Of a stretch of 64,000 bases of DNA, positions 1 to 10,668 are shown piece after piece. The notes under the pieces were generated by a model, which was not told where the DNA came from, searched no databases, and saw only the letters and a list, made by a program, of their open reading frames with translations. The stretch's first letter is position 1. Every line of letters starts with the position of its first letter. The position numbers and the translations under genes are program-made. This stretch comes from Opitutaceae bacterium (GTDB lineage: Bacteria > Verrucomicrobiota > Verrucomicrobiia > Opitutales > Coraliomargaritaceae), in NCBI GenBank assembly GCA_051252375.1, contig JBPOFY010000011.1, forward strand, positions 32,001 through 96,000. Reading direction: 5' to 3'.

Positions 1-344
1 CGCAAGCAATGCAGGTCGCTGGTATCCAATACGCGGAGCGCTTGCGGGCAGACTTGCTCCACTCGCCAGCCGAATTGCTCTTCGGTCATGTAGCGGTCAA
101 AGATCACCACATCGGGCGCGAGTGCTTTGAGCCAAGTATCGAAGCCGGAGTCGTTGACCTGAATCGTGTGCGACTCAATGCCCATCGCTGCGAAGTCCAA
201 GCTGTGCGGTCCGCTCTGCGCGGTGGAAGCAAAGCTCAAGGTCCACCCTGCGGCTTGCAGTGCATTTAAAATATCTAGCGTGCGACGCCCCGCCGCCGTG
301 GAGGACGGCTCAGGCCACACTTTGCCGATGATCAGGCAGTGCAC
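1..344 (-). CDS. Glycosyltransferase (GT4-like), 5' part only; runs off the window start
   Basis: Not in the ORF track. Manual translation from GTG at 344 gives MHCLIIGKVWPEPSSTAAGRR...PDVVIFDRYMTEEQFGWRVEQVCPQALRVLDTSDLHCL, a typical N-terminus of a widespread GT4-like family. Alternative TTG start at 350. Confidence 0.8.
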   Translation of the reverse strand, partial: MHCLIIGKVWPEPSSTAAGRRTLDILNALQAAGWTLSFASTAQSGPHSLDFAAMGIESHTIQVNDSGFDTWLKALAPDVVIFDRYMTEEQFGWRVEQVCPQALRVLDTSDLHCL

Positions 345-359
345 GTGCAAACAGGGCGA

Positions 360-1460
360 CTAGCCTACGATGCCGCCGCTGCTGAGGAAGATGCCCTTCA
401 AGTTCATCTCCAACTGGCGTGGGTTCGGCGAGAACTTCATCGCATCATCCTTCGAGACCTTACCATCTTTGACGAGGCGGTATAAGTCTTGGTTAAAAGT
501 TCTCGAGCCGTTGTCTTCATTGGCTTCGATCACGGCTTCGATCTTTTCAAAGTTACCTTCCATGATCGTCTTGCGAGCAAGGGAATCGAGAATGAAACTT
601 TCGGAGACTGGGAAACGACCGCCACCTTCAAGTGCAGGAATCAATTTCTGTGTGATTGTGGCACGCAGTGAACCCGCGATCTGACGCTGGAGCGCGAGAC
701 GACGTTCTTCGGGGAAGAACTCAAACAGACGCTGAATCGCTTGCTGCGCATTGGAAGCGTGCAAAGTGCCAAAAACCAAGTGACCGGTCTCGGAAGCCTG
801 GAGCGCTGTTTCAAAAGTGCCTCGGTCACGCATTTCGCCAACAAGGATCACATCTGGATCCTGACGTAGCACCGAACGCATACCAGCAGCGAAGGACGGG
901 CAATCAATGCCGATCTCGCGCTGGTTGATGATCGACTTAAAATCGGTGTAGGTGAATTCAATCGGGTCTTCCAGCGTAACGATGTGCTTATCGTAGGTAT
1001 GGTTGATGTGATTGATCATCGCGGCCAGAGTTGAACTCTTACCAGAACCAGTGGCACCGCAAAGGATGACGATACCATCTTTTTCCTTACACAGGTTCTT
1101 CAATGTTTCGCCATCGATGTGTAATTTATCGAAGGTTGGTGGATCGTCGCTCACGTGACGCATGACGACACTGGGGAGACCGCGCTGTAAAAATCCGTTT
1201 ACCCGGAAACGGCCGACGCCTTCGACGCGATACGAATAGTCGACTTGGCGATTCTTGTTCCAATCATCGTAAAATTGCTCGGGCACACTTTGCTCGATGA
1301 ACTCCCTGACCGCGTCGGGCCCGATGGGCTCCATCTCGACTGATTCCAAATGTCCGCTCAGTCGAAGAAACGCTGGTTTGTGCGATTTGATATGAATATC
1401 ACTCGCTCCATTTTCAACAGCAAGGGAAAGAAGACCGTGTATTGTTTCAAGAACCGACAT
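360..1460 (-). CDS. PilT/PilU family type IV pilus retraction ATPase
   Basis: GASDIH N-terminus, Walker A GATGSGKSST, TLEDPIE, LRQDPDVILVGEMRD, His box TGHLVFGTLH; lacks the canonical PilT AIRNLIRE motif. Confidence 0.92.
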   Translation of the reverse strand: MSVLETIHGLLSLAVENGASDIHIKSHKPAFLRLSGHLESVEMEPIGPDAVREFIEQSVPEQFYDDWNKNRQVDYSYRVEGVGRFRVNGFLQRGLPSVVMRHVSDDPPTFDKLHIDGETLKNLCKEKDGIVILCGATGSGKSSTLAAMINHINHTYDKHIVTLEDPIEFTYTDFKSIINQREIGIDCPSFAAGMRSVLRQDPDVILVGEMRDRGTFETALQASETGHLVFGTLHASNAQQAIQRLFEFFPEERRLALQRQIAGSLRATITQKLIPALEGGGRFPVSESFILDSLARKTIMEGNFEKIEAVIEANEDNGSRTFNQDLYRLVKDGKVSKDDAMKFSPNPRQLEMNLKGIFLSSGGIVG

Positions 1461-1578
1461 AATAGATCAAAGTTTTGGTTGGATGAAGGCGAAATTTTCT
1501 GTTGAACATGCCGAGTGATATCGACGTGCTAGAGTTAACTGCAGTCATAAGACCTTACCTATTCTTTTCGAAACCAAC

Positions 1579-2469
1579 ATGAAGACAAATCAATTCTCCG
1601 GCGTTTTCACAGCGCTTGCCACACCGATACGGGATAACGCGGTGGCCTATGACGATCTCGAAGCGCTCGTTGCCCATCAATTAGCGGGCAATATCGACGC
1701 GCTGGTCTCTGTTGGCACCACAGGCGAATCCCCCACCCTGAACAGTAGCGAGCACATCGATGTGATTCGCTCAACCGTGGCCGCTGCCGCGGGTAAGGTG
1801 CCCGTCTATGCAGGCACGGGCTCGAATTCTACCGACGAAGCGATTTCACTCACCAAAAACGCGGAATCCGCGGGTGCGGATGGTTTCCTTGTCGTAGCAC
1901 CTTATTACAACAAGCCTAGCCAAGAAGGTCTCTTCCTGCATTTCAGCAAGATCGCCGAAGTCACGGAAAAGCCGATTATCCTCTACTCGATCCCCTCACG
2001 TTGCGGAATCGAAATTTCAGTGGATGTGACAGCACGCCTCTATGAGAAGTATCCACATGTCTGTTGCATGAAGGCCGCTGAAGGCTCTTGTGAGAAAGTC
2101 ACCGAATACGTGCGCGCACTCGGACCGGACTATGCGGTCATGAGCGGCGACGACGGGCTCACCCTGCCCTTCATGTCTTGCGGGGCGACTGGTGTGATCA
2201 GCGTGGCTTCAAACCTTGTAGTCAGCCCACTGGTGGAAATGGTCAAGGCAGCCAACGCTGGAGATTACACAAGCGCGCGCCAAACCTTCCTCAAGTATTT
2301 CCCACTGTTTAAGGCCATCTTCCTGGAGCCCAATCCAGTGCCAATCAAGTATGCGCTCAAGCAAGCTGGCATCATCCAATCCGATGATGTGCGTTTACCG
2401 CTGAGCCCGTTGACCGCAGCCACCAAGGCAAAGCTTGACCCACTGTTGGCAGAACTCGGTCTCGTTTAA
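1579..2469 (+). CDS. dapA: 4-hydroxy-tetrahydrodipicolinate synthase
   Basis: GTTGESPTL, PYYNKPSQEG, EPNPVPIK motifs; adjacent to dapB. Confidence 0.95.
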   Translation: MKTNQFSGVFTALATPIRDNAVAYDDLEALVAHQLAGNIDALVSVGTTGESPTLNSSEHIDVIRSTVAAAAGKVPVYAGTGSNSTDEAISLTKNAESAGADGFLVVAPYYNKPSQEGLFLHFSKIAEVTEKPIILYSIPSRCGIEISVDVTARLYEKYPHVCCMKAAEGSCEKVTEYVRALGPDYAVMSGDDGLTLPFMSCGATGVISVASNLVVSPLVEMVKAANAGDYTSARQTFLKYFPLFKAIFLEPNPVPIKYALKQAGIIQSDDVRLPLSPLTAATKAKLDPLLAELGLV

Positions 2470-2518
2470 CCAAGTTAGCTCTAAACTCCTAACTTCTACC
2501 TTCTAACTTCTTTCATCT

Positions 2519-3256
2519 ATGTCACTCAAGATACTACTCAATGGCTCCAAGGGACGCATGGGCGTCGCTATCGCTGACATCGCCGAAGCCAATGGTGCGG
2601 TGATTCAAGCTGCTTGCGATGCAGGCGACAATCCTTGCGAGTGCGCAGCGGACTGCGAAGCGATCATCGACTTCAGCTTTCATGAAGTCACCCCCGGCAT
2701 CGCGGAACTCGCAGTGAAGCACAACATCCCGCTCGTGATCGGCACGACAGGGCACACACCGGAAGAGAAGGCCGCCATCCTCGCCACAGTCGACGGTAAG
2801 ATTCCAGTCGTCTGGGCAGGCAACTACTCTGTTGGCGTCAACACCTTGAACTACCTGACACGTAAAGCTGCGGCTATTCTCGGCGAACAATACGAACCGG
2901 AAGTCCTGGAGATGCACCACCACCACAAGAAGGACGCACCCAGCGGCACCGCGGAGCGCCTGATTGAAATTTTAAAAGAAGGCTACGCGCTCAACGATGA
3001 TCAAGTCGTGCATGGACGCGAAGGCCTCGTCGGCGCACGCCCGCAAAAAGAAATCGGCGTGCATGCTATCCGCGGTGGCGACATTGTGGGCGAGCACACA
3101 GTTTACTTTATCGGCGACGGTGAACGCATCGAGCTCACCCACAAAGCGACGGATCGTAAGATCTTTGCGCAAGGTGCCGTTCGCGCCGCCCAATGGGCCG
3201 TCGGCAAAGCTGCAGCCGTCTACAACATGGAAGACGTGCTCGGGCTGACTGACTAG
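2519..3256 (+). CDS. dapB: 4-hydroxy-tetrahydrodipicolinate reductase
   Basis: GSKGRMG, VIGTTG, EMHHHHKKDAPSGTA motifs. Confidence 0.96.
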   Translation: MSLKILLNGSKGRMGVAIADIAEANGAVIQAACDAGDNPCECAADCEAIIDFSFHEVTPGIAELAVKHNIPLVIGTTGHTPEEKAAILATVDGKIPVVWAGNYSVGVNTLNYLTRKAAAILGEQYEPEVLEMHHHHKKDAPSGTAERLIEILKEGYALNDDQVVHGREGLVGARPQKEIGVHAIRGGDIVGEHTVYFIGDGERIELTHKATDRKIFAQGAVRAAQWAVGKAAAVYNMEDVLGLTD

Positions 3257-3276
3257 TTAGGTCGACCTCCTCCCGC

Positions 3277-3346
3277 CCTTACCCCTGACCTCTCACCCCT
3301 TACCTCTCACCCCTTACCTCTCACCCCTTACCTCTCACCCCTTACC
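3277..3346. repeat. Tandem heptamer-based repeat, (CCTCTCACCCCTTA)x4
   Basis: Four perfect 14-bp units at 3289-3344; related array at about 48196-48224. Confidence 0.95.
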
Positions 3347-3355
3347 GGGAACACC

Positions 3356-3958
3356 TTGATCGCACGTATAACAGGCACCGTTCTTGAAACCACACCTTTA
3401 ATGGTTGTGATCGAAACTGCGGGTCTGGGCTACGAGGTGCACATCCCCGTCACCACTGCGGAACGCGTCCCAGGCATCGGCAAAGAATGCAGCCTGTTTA
3501 TACACTCAGTGTATCGCGAAGACAGTGCTACACTTTACGGCTTCGCCACGCGTGAGGACCGCGACTTTTTTCGCCTCCTCGTCGAGAAGGTTTCCGGGAT
3601 CGGTCCGAAGATCGGCATCAGTATACTGAGCCGCATGTCGGTCGAGTTACTACGCAGCGCGATCGCCAGCTCTGACATCGCCCTCCTCTCGAAATGCCCC
3701 GGCATCGGCAAGAAGACCGCTGAACGCTTGGTCATCGAACTGAAGGACAAGGTAGGCCTCAGCGGCACACTGCCCACAGCCGGCAGCGAGCCCAGTGCAA
3801 CTAGCGCGGCAACACCGAGCCATTTCCAAGATGCCGTCGCCAGCTTGATGACGCTCGGCTACAAACCAGCCGAAGCGGACAAACTCACCCGCAAAGCAGC
3901 CAGCCAATTACCCGCCGACGCCAGCGTCGAAGCGCTGCTTAAGGCCGCACTCGCGTAG
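3356..3958 (+). CDS. ruvA: Holliday junction branch migration protein RuvA
   Basis: GLGYEV, LYGF, VSGIGPK and PGIGKKTAERL HhH motifs; C-terminal LMTLGY. Confidence 0.95.
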   Translation: MIARITGTVLETTPLMVVIETAGLGYEVHIPVTTAERVPGIGKECSLFIHSVYREDSATLYGFATREDRDFFRLLVEKVSGIGPKIGISILSRMSVELLRSAIASSDIALLSKCPGIGKKTAERLVIELKDKVGLSGTLPTAGSEPSATSAATPSHFQDAVASLMTLGYKPAEADKLTRKAASQLPADASVEALLKAALA

Positions 3959-4018
3959 AGCAAGCCAGCGGAGCACTGTTCGGCGCGATACGGAAATCGT
4001 GCCCTACCAAATCCCGAA

Positions 4019-4097
4019 GGTAGCGGCGCTTGTCCCTAAGCGCCACCCGACACGGACTGACTCTGGCGAATGGCGCTTAGGGACAAGCGCCGCTACC
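4019..4097. repeat. REP doublet (GTAG-type) with perfect 27-bp inverted arms
   Basis: GGTAGCGGCGCTTGTCCCTAAGCGCCA (4019-4045) and its exact reverse complement (4071-4097). Confidence 0.9.
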
Positions 4098-4159
4098 ATC
4101 AATCATCACGCAAGGAACCTCGCTGACACACTAGTCGGTAATATTGATTCAATGCAGAC

Positions 4160-4193
4160 AAAAAAGCCCCGCAGTTTTCACTGCGGGGCTTTT
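4160..4193. terminator. Intrinsic terminator, probably bidirectional, between ruvA and the autotransporter
   Basis: A6-GCCCCGCAG-loop-CTGCGGGGC-T4. Confidence 0.85.
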
Positions 4194-4217
4194 GCTATTT
4201 AAGTATTCGTCGGACGC

Positions 4218-7200
4218 TTACCAGTTATACTGGAGTGTGCCATTGAATGCGTGGTTATACCAGTTACCCGCAAAGGTTGGCTCGTATTCCAAACCGAAGG
4301 CGAGACCTTCGCCGTTGCTCCACTGAGCACGGACACCCAACACAATTGCGTCTGTGTCGGCTTCAGCGCTTTGAAGCGTAAGTGAACTGTCGCCGAGGTA
4401 AGTAGAGTTTACACTCACACCTTCGTCGCCCCACTCATGCTCCCATGCAGCCTTCACCTCTACGAGGACGCTGCTACCGCATTCGTATGCCCACTCATGA
4501 TTCAAGCGAGCACCGATCTCCGTTTTGAAGTTGTCGGTTTCGTTGTCTTGAGTAGTGAGAACAAGTGCATCTGGACCACTGTCAGTGAAGCCATCATGCT
4601 CACCGTGGATGTAAGTTGCACGCGCATATGGCTCAAGACCGAAGTCACCAAATGCAGAAGTGTAACCCAACTCGAACCATGTGCCGATTAGATTGGAATC
4701 ATAGTTGCCGGTGTAACGGTCAGACTTGAAGTCGACACGAACAACATCACTATCAGCATGTCCGTATGTGAGACCACCTTCAGCATACCATGTGTCGGTA
4801 AACCAGTTGGCATAAACTGCTAGGCTATAGAGCTCGGAGTCGCCGCCGCCGGAACCAGCGAGGCCATCGATATCAGTTTGCGCATAACCGCCACCGATAC
4901 CAACGATCAATTGTTCGCCAACGAGCTTCTCTTGCCCAACTACCAAACCATAAGTGTCGTAGTCGAAGCCTGCGAAACCACCGGATGTCTCTTGCTGGCC
5001 GATGTTACCAAAGACGCTAATATAAGAGAGCCATTCGCCGTTCTGCATTTTCTCAGCTTCAGGACCGGATGCACCAGTTGGAGCTTGTGCACTGCTACGT
5101 AGCAATGTGCGAAGCAAGGCTGCATGCTTGGAGATATCGATCATGACCGCTTGCGATGCCGAGTTAACTGCTTGGTTGGTTTGAACCGTGCCAGGAGTTT
5201 CTTCTTCGTCTAGGTCTTTCGCACCGACAACAGTCAAGATACCTTCTTCACCGCCGATTATGATACTTTGGAGGCCTTCAACTGCATCCGTAGGGCCCAC
5301 AGAAAGCAAGTCACGGACTTCGAAGACATATTCGAATGGTGTTTCGGAGTTATCAACGATCGCACCGTCGTCATCGACGAAACCTTCTGAAGCGCGAACA
5401 ATCGCATATTCATTACCGACGACATTGTTCAGATCAACGCTGTCATCAAAGACTGGCAAGATGGTCGAGCCTGCTTCGAATAGAACATCTCCGGAGAGTC
5501 CACCGTTACCGAAATAAACACTGATCAAGGAAGTATCACCATCATCAGGATCTTGAGAGAGGATCGGAGCTAAACCACCGCTTGCGCCAATGACCAAGGT
5601 GTCGAGCAAGTCGGAAACTTCTACAGTGCGAACCGCAGTGAAGAAGCCACTATCCACATCGAAATCAACAGTGCCTGCACCGTTGTCGATGTTTAACCAG
5701 CCGTCGATCCACTCAAGTGAAGTCGAAAGAATGTTACCTTCCATGATGCTGTTACCAATGACTTTCAGCTCGTTGGCACCGCCACCGAGATTGATATCAC
5801 CGACGATGTCAGCACCATCGTCAAGCTCGACGCTGTCGTCGGCTTGTGCGCCATAAACGGCTGCTGCATAAGTATAGTATCCAATTGGAGCACCTAATAC
5901 TTCTTCACCTTCAACCGCATCCGCGGGGAGGAAGAGATCAGGCGAAGTCGCATATGCATGGACCGCTGAGCTGATTGTGACGTCGAGATTTCCGCCTTCA
6001 ATCGGTTCAGCTTCGACCACCTCTGAATCATCAATCTCAGCATAAGGTGTGTAAGTCATGATACCTGCAGCAAATGCATAATCAGCATCAGCATAATCAG
6101 CAAACGCTAGATCAGGGACATACGGCAGATAATACCCATCGCCCTCAACTGCATCAGTATCGACAAACAAGCCAGATGCATAACCAACAGTGCCCGCAGT
6201 CGCGGTGGCGGTGATATCACCGGTCACGTCATCAATGATGACTTCTTGACCAGCAATGCCTGCAGCAAACGCGCCTGCTGAACCGTCGTAGAAACCAATA
6301 CCTTCGACGGCATCAATAGGCACTACAGTATCAGCAATCACAACCTCGCCACCTGTTGCGGTCGCGGTGATCGCAGCACTGACTTCTTCAGCGTCTACGT
6401 TGCCGTTCAAACCAACCGCTTGAGCATAGGCATTATAAGCACCTTCAGCGACGTAGAGTCCGTCGAAGTATTCTTCAATGAAAACAACAGACTCAACTGC
6501 ATCATCAAAGTCAAAGAAGTTGTCAATTAACGATCCGGCTTCACCACCTGTCGCAGTGACATTGATCGTGCCAGCAACATTGCCGTCGATCGCATTCGCA
6601 TCGGCACCGCCGATACCAGTCGCAATTGCACTGGCATCCGCAAAGAGCCCATCGGGTGAACTGACCTGAATCACTTGATACATGGAATTGACTGTTTCGA
6701 CGATGGCTTTACCGCCGGTCGCAGTAACATTCATCGTAGCATCGAAATCACCATCTACAGAGCCATAGATGCCAGCAGCATCGCCATAAGCCTCTGCAGC
6801 CAATGTTTGAGAAGGGTTGCCGCTTGCATATGCTTCACCGCCAGTTGCGTTGATGGTAAAGTCGGCTGTGACATCGCCTTCGACATCGCCATCCACTCCG
6901 AAGCTATCACCCACTGCGCTAGCAGTGACGTCATAGTAATCCGAGATATCGAATTCCTCTTCCAATTCATTCGATTCAATCGCATCCATATTAACGATAA
7001 AGAAATCATCGTATGATCCGGCAATCGCGATACCACCAAAGGCATTTTGCGTGAAGCTACCAGAGAGCGCGTCATTACCCTCGTTGCCATACACATTACC
7101 ATTGATACCAGTAGTGTAAGCAGAAGCATCGGCGTGGGCTTCGCCCCCGAAACCATTATATGCAACTGCAACAGCAACTGGACTGAAGGGAAGTGAAAGA

Positions 7201-10200
7201 GATTCCACTTCCGAACCTTCAACTGCATCACCCGGGGCAAGATCCCGCACGATTGCAGCACCCGCAGTGAGTGAAATAGCAGCACTGACTTCACCATAAA
7301 CATCACCATCGATGCCCAAAGCTTCAGCGACAGCACTTGCCTCCACTTCAGAGCCATAGATGCTAATCGCCTCTACGGCATCGTTAGGTAACACAAGCCT
7401 ACGCTGACTTGTGGCGTTAGCGTAAGCCTGACCAGCGAGGGACGTCTGTGTGAGCGAACCGCCGATGTCTCCGTCAATTGCAGAGAAGTCAAGGAAGCCG
7501 CCAGTAAATGCATCTGCATCCGCATAAATGATAGTGCTTTCAGGCACATCGCTCTCGACTTCATCGGCAACGCTCAAACCAGACGCAGTGGCGCTTGCAT
7601 AACCACCTGTCGCGTTGAGCGTGGTCGTGGCTGTGTGATTAATATTCACGTCATACTTACCGCCAGTAATAAGCGTAGAAGTTGCAGCGGCGTATGCCTC
7701 GGCTCCAGCGTTGCCACTGGCGGAAGCATATCCAGCAACTGCGTCGGCATCGATTGTGCCAGCAATATTACTTTCGATGTCTTCGACATCGCCGATCACT
7801 TGTGCGTTCGCAGAGGCATCAGCATACGCGTTATTGGAAGCATAGGCATCTGCCTCGCCTCCAAGAGCGTCAATATCGATGATTGCATTTAGATCTGCGA
7901 CGAAGTCGTGCTCATCCGCGTAAATACCAGTTGCCTGAGCCGAAGCATTTGCGTCAGCATTCGCACCGTCGAGGTAGATGGAATCGCTTTCTGCGTCACC
8001 TGCATCTGCGAGAACAGTGATCGAGCCACCAATGGTAGGCACTTCAGCGTCATCGCTTTCAACCTCAGGCTCGTAGCCGAGAGGTGTCACCGTGCCATCG
8101 ATACCGGTCGCATCTGCCGAACCAGAAGCATAAGCAGAAGTTTCATAACCGGAATTCCAATCCTCGAACTCACCACTGTTTGCTGCAGCGCTGCCGCCGT
8201 TTGCAATGGCCGTAATCGCAGCAGTTGAACTGCCTTCAAGGTCGCCGTCTACACCAGTCGCATCCGCTTCAGCATTGGCATTGGAGCCAGAGTTGGAAGA
8301 CGTCGCAGTGGCTGTGCCAGCTGTGGCTGTGGCAGAAACTGTGCCGGCCAGATCACCATATACATCGGAAGTGGCTTCGGCATCGGCATCCGCATACGCT
8401 TCGGCTGAATAATAAGTGGAAGTGGCTGAAGCTGTGCCAGCATTTGCAGCAACGGTAATGGTGGCATCAAGATTGCCATCAACATCATCAAGCCCATAGG
8501 CCGACGCATATGCTGCGGCCTCTGAGTAACCATCACCGGATGCGGTCGCGATGGCTGCATTTGCAGTCACATCAACAGTGCCGGAAATTTCAGTAGGCAC
8601 GGGAGCGTCTCCCGCACCGAGATCAGGCGCGCCGACTGCGAGCGCACTGGCAGAAGCATAAGTGCTACCTTCGCCATATCCATCAGACTCAACTGGAGCT
8701 TCTGGATCTTCTGGATCTTCGCTAAATACGATAGTGGCTGTTGCATTCTTTGCATTCGCTGTGACGCCTAGGTCCAACGCAATTGTTTGAGCGACAGGCA
8801 ATGGAGGTCCCGCTGGAGCATCCGCGACAACCGCATCTCCAAGGAATGAGCCAAGACCATCACCTAAGATATCTCCCAAGAAGAAATCACCGAAAATAGG
8901 ACCGACAGACTCGAGTGCGTAAAATAGGATCTCGAAGTCGGCGATACCGAAAGCAACCGCATCAGCACTGGCAGCTGCGGAATAACTTCCTTCGGCAATT
9001 GCATCAGCTGCTGTAGCTGTGGCATCAATTGCGAGATCAGCAGTCTCGGCGTCCATATATCCGAGAATACCACCAGCAACCGACAACGTTGTTGCTCCAG
9101 CGTAATCTGAATCTGTCGCAGATGCTGCAGCACTAGTCGCAGTGCTTGTGATTGTCGTGCCGTCTACATCACCAACTTCACCAATCACGCCGATCGCGGC
9201 TGAAATGGATAGGGCTGCTGCATCAGAGAAGGACGATTCAGCTGTAACCGCACCGGAAGTAGCGGTGGTGGTCAGCGTCGTGTTGGACAAATCTTCAATC
9301 AACCCACCCATACCAACGGCAATTGCGCCGGAAGCTGCTTCAGCAGGTCCCGCGGCAGCTACTGAAGAAGTGCTGGATGTGGCAGTTGTGGCGATTGTTG
9401 TGACAGCAGGGTCATCAGACTCCACTGCGTCAGGCTCTTCATCGAGAGGCGCATAAACGAGACCAACCACACCAGCCGCAATCGCGACTGTATTAGAAAA
9501 GGCGATGTCATCATCGCTCGTCGCTTGAGCAAAGCCACTGTTGGCTGTGGTCGTAATCGTGGCACCCTGTTCGATACCTTCAACGACACCACCGAGTCCA
9601 ACTGCGAGACCAATTGTCAGCGCATTAGCAGTATCAAACTCGGTATCTGAAACGGCGCTACCACTTGTAGCTGCAGTTGTGATATTGGCAGTCGAACCGA
9701 CACCATCGTTAAAGTAGCCAAGTGCACCCACTGCAGCGGCTGCAGTCACTGCATCCGTATTTGGTTCACCTTCCTCCTCGCCGGAAACAAATGCCTCCGC
9801 ATTACGTGACTTCGCAGTGGTCGTGACGACTTGATCCAATGAGCCATAAACCGTTCCAAGATCAAGTCCGTCATTAGACTCGACAGCTGCGATACCAACG
9901 GCAACTGCGCTCTTTGTTAGGTCAATATCAATTGGAAGTGGCAAAGGAATCGGCAATTCCGTGCCGTCGCCTACTGTAGCGGGTCCAACACTGTTGTCGT
10001 TCGTCACGACAATCGCACCAGAGTAACCAGAGATATCTAAAGAGCCGGATTCAAAACCGCCTTCAGATTCTACTGCATCATCCACAGCTCCACCAATGTC
10101 ATTTGAATACACACCCGCGAGAACCAGCGGTGCGACAGAGTTTTGAGAGTTACTTGTAATCGTGATGTTACCATCACCACTAAGAATACCGCCGTTGAAG

Positions 10201-10586
10201 AAACCAACAGCACCGGAAAGGAAGGCATCTTCCTCATCCTGGTAATCAGTCGTTACAGTGAGGTCGCCACCAAGTGCGAGCATCCCGTATTCCGCGAAAG
10301 CAATCGCGAGTGGGTCTTCTAGCTCAAGACCTGTCCAGCTGCCAGTCTCTGCAATTGTAGCATTCCCGGAGAAAACTTCTAAAGCCGCCTGCCCGTCGCT
10401 AAAGGCTGAGACCGAATCGCCGACTAGGGCTACGTCAAGGTTCCAGTCTGGAGATTGATACCAGTCAGCAGGATTTGACACTCCTGCTGAGACCGACTGC
10501 ACAGCGGCAAATGCTGCCACTGAGGCCAGCGCAAACGTCGTCAGACGTGGCGTGGCTGCCTGTGTTATATGTTGTTTCTTATTCAT
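4218..10586 (-). CDS. Large autotransporter (type Va); acidic Ala/Asp/Gly-rich repetitive passenger and C-terminal beta-barrel
   Basis: N-terminal signal peptide; repeats such as I(T/N)ATATGGxAxA suggest a beta-helix; C-terminal ~270 aa has autotransporter features (GFDYDTYG, EPYA, AWEHEW) and ends in YNW. Confidence 0.88.
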   Translation of the reverse strand: MNKKQHITQAATPRLTTFALASVAAFAAVQSVSAGVSNPADWYQSPDWNLDVALVGDSVSAFSDGQAALEVFSGNATIAETGSWTGLELEDPLAIAFAEYGMLALGGDLTVTTDYQDEEDAFLSGAVGFFNGGILSGDGNITITSNSQNSVAPLVLAGVYSNDIGGAVDDAVESEGGFESGSLDISGYSGAIVVTNDNSVGPATVGDGTELPIPLPLPIDIDLTKSAVAVGIAAVESNDGLDLGTVYGSLDQVVTTTAKSRNAEAFVSGEEEGEPNTDAVTAAAAVGALGYFNDGVGSTANITTAATSGSAVSDTEFDTANALTIGLAVGLGGVVEGIEQGATITTTANSGFAQATSDDDIAFSNTVAIAAGVVGLVYAPLDEEPDAVESDDPAVTTIATTATSSTSSVAAAGPAEAASGAIAVGMGGLIEDLSNTTLTTTATSGAVTAESSFSDAAALSISAAIGVIGEVGDVDGTTITSTATSAAASATDSDYAGATTLSVAGGILGYMDAETADLAIDATATAADAIAEGSYSAAASADAVAFGIADFEILFYALESVGPIFGDFFLGDILGDGLGSFLGDAVVADAPAGPPLPVAQTIALDLGVTANAKNATATIVFSEDPEDPEAPVESDGYGEGSTYASASALAVGAPDLGAGDAPVPTEISGTVDVTANAAIATASGDGYSEAAAYASAYGLDDVDGNLDATITVAANAGTASATSTYYSAEAYADADAEATSDVYGDLAGTVSATATAGTATATSSNSGSNANAEADATGVDGDLEGSSTAAITAIANGGSAAANSGEFEDWNSGYETSAYASGSADATGIDGTVTPLGYEPEVESDDAEVPTIGGSITVLADAGDAESDSIYLDGANADANASAQATGIYADEHDFVADLNAIIDIDALGGEADAYASNNAYADASANAQVIGDVEDIESNIAGTIDADAVAGYASASGNAGAEAYAAATSTLITGGKYDVNINHTATTTLNATGGYASATASGLSVADEVESDVPESTIIYADADAFTGGFLDFSAIDGDIGGSLTQTSLAGQAYANATSQRRLVLPNDAVEAISIYGSEVEASAVAEALGIDGDVYGEVSAAISLTAGAAIVRDLAPGDAVEGSEVESLSLPFSPVAVAVAYNGFGGEAHADASAYTTGINGNVYGNEGNDALSGSFTQNAFGGIAIAGSYDDFFIVNMDAIESNELEEEFDISDYYDVTASAVGDSFGVDGDVEGDVTADFTINATGGEAYASGNPSQTLAAEAYGDAAGIYGSVDGDFDATMNVTATGGKAIVETVNSMYQVIQVSSPDGLFADASAIATGIGGADANAIDGNVAGTINVTATGGEAGSLIDNFFDFDDAVESVVFIEEYFDGLYVAEGAYNAYAQAVGLNGNVDAEEVSAAITATATGGEVVIADTVVPIDAVEGIGFYDGSAGAFAAGIAGQEVIIDDVTGDITATATAGTVGYASGLFVDTDAVEGDGYYLPYVPDLAFADYADADYAFAAGIMTYTPYAEIDDSEVVEAEPIEGGNLDVTISSAVHAYATSPDLFLPADAVEGEEVLGAPIGYYTYAAAVYGAQADDSVELDDGADIVGDINLGGGANELKVIGNSIMEGNILSTSLEWIDGWLNIDNGAGTVDFDVDSGFFTAVRTVEVSDLLDTLVIGASGGLAPILSQDPDDGDTSLISVYFGNGGLSGDVLFEAGSTILPVFDDSVDLNNVVGNEYAIVRASEGFVDDDGAIVDNSETPFEYVFEVRDLLSVGPTDAVEGLQSIIIGGEEGILTVVGAKDLDEEETPGTVQTNQAVNSASQAVMIDISKHAALLRTLLRSSAQAPTGASGPEAEKMQNGEWLSYISVFGNIGQQETSGGFAGFDYDTYGLVVGQEKLVGEQLIVGIGGGYAQTDIDGLAGSGGGDSELYSLAVYANWFTDTWYAEGGLTYGHADSDVVRVDFKSDRYTGNYDSNLIGTWFELGYTSAFGDFGLEPYARATYIHGEHDGFTDSGPDALVLTTQDNETDNFKTEIGARLNHEWAYECGSSVLVEVKAAWEHEWGDEGVSVNSTYLGDSSLTLQSAEADTDAIVLGVRAQWSNGEGLAFGLEYEPTFAGNWYNHAFNGTLQYNW

Positions 10587-10636
10587 AGATTATGAGCTTT
10601 GTTTGTTGGTTAGATGTTTAGATAAAATATAGGCAC

Positions 10637-10668
10637 AAAAAAACCGAGCATGGCGGGCCACGTCGGTT
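10637..10668 (-). terminator. Terminator-like hairpin about 50 nt upstream of the autotransporter start
   Basis: Minus strand AACCGACGTGG-CCCG-CCATGCTCGG followed by T7. Confidence 0.7.

Noticed and set aside
4218..10586. DGR target, intein or RiPP precursor interpretation of the autotransporter repeats
   Set aside because: No reverse transcriptase, TR/VR pair, intein motifs or modifying enzymes in the window
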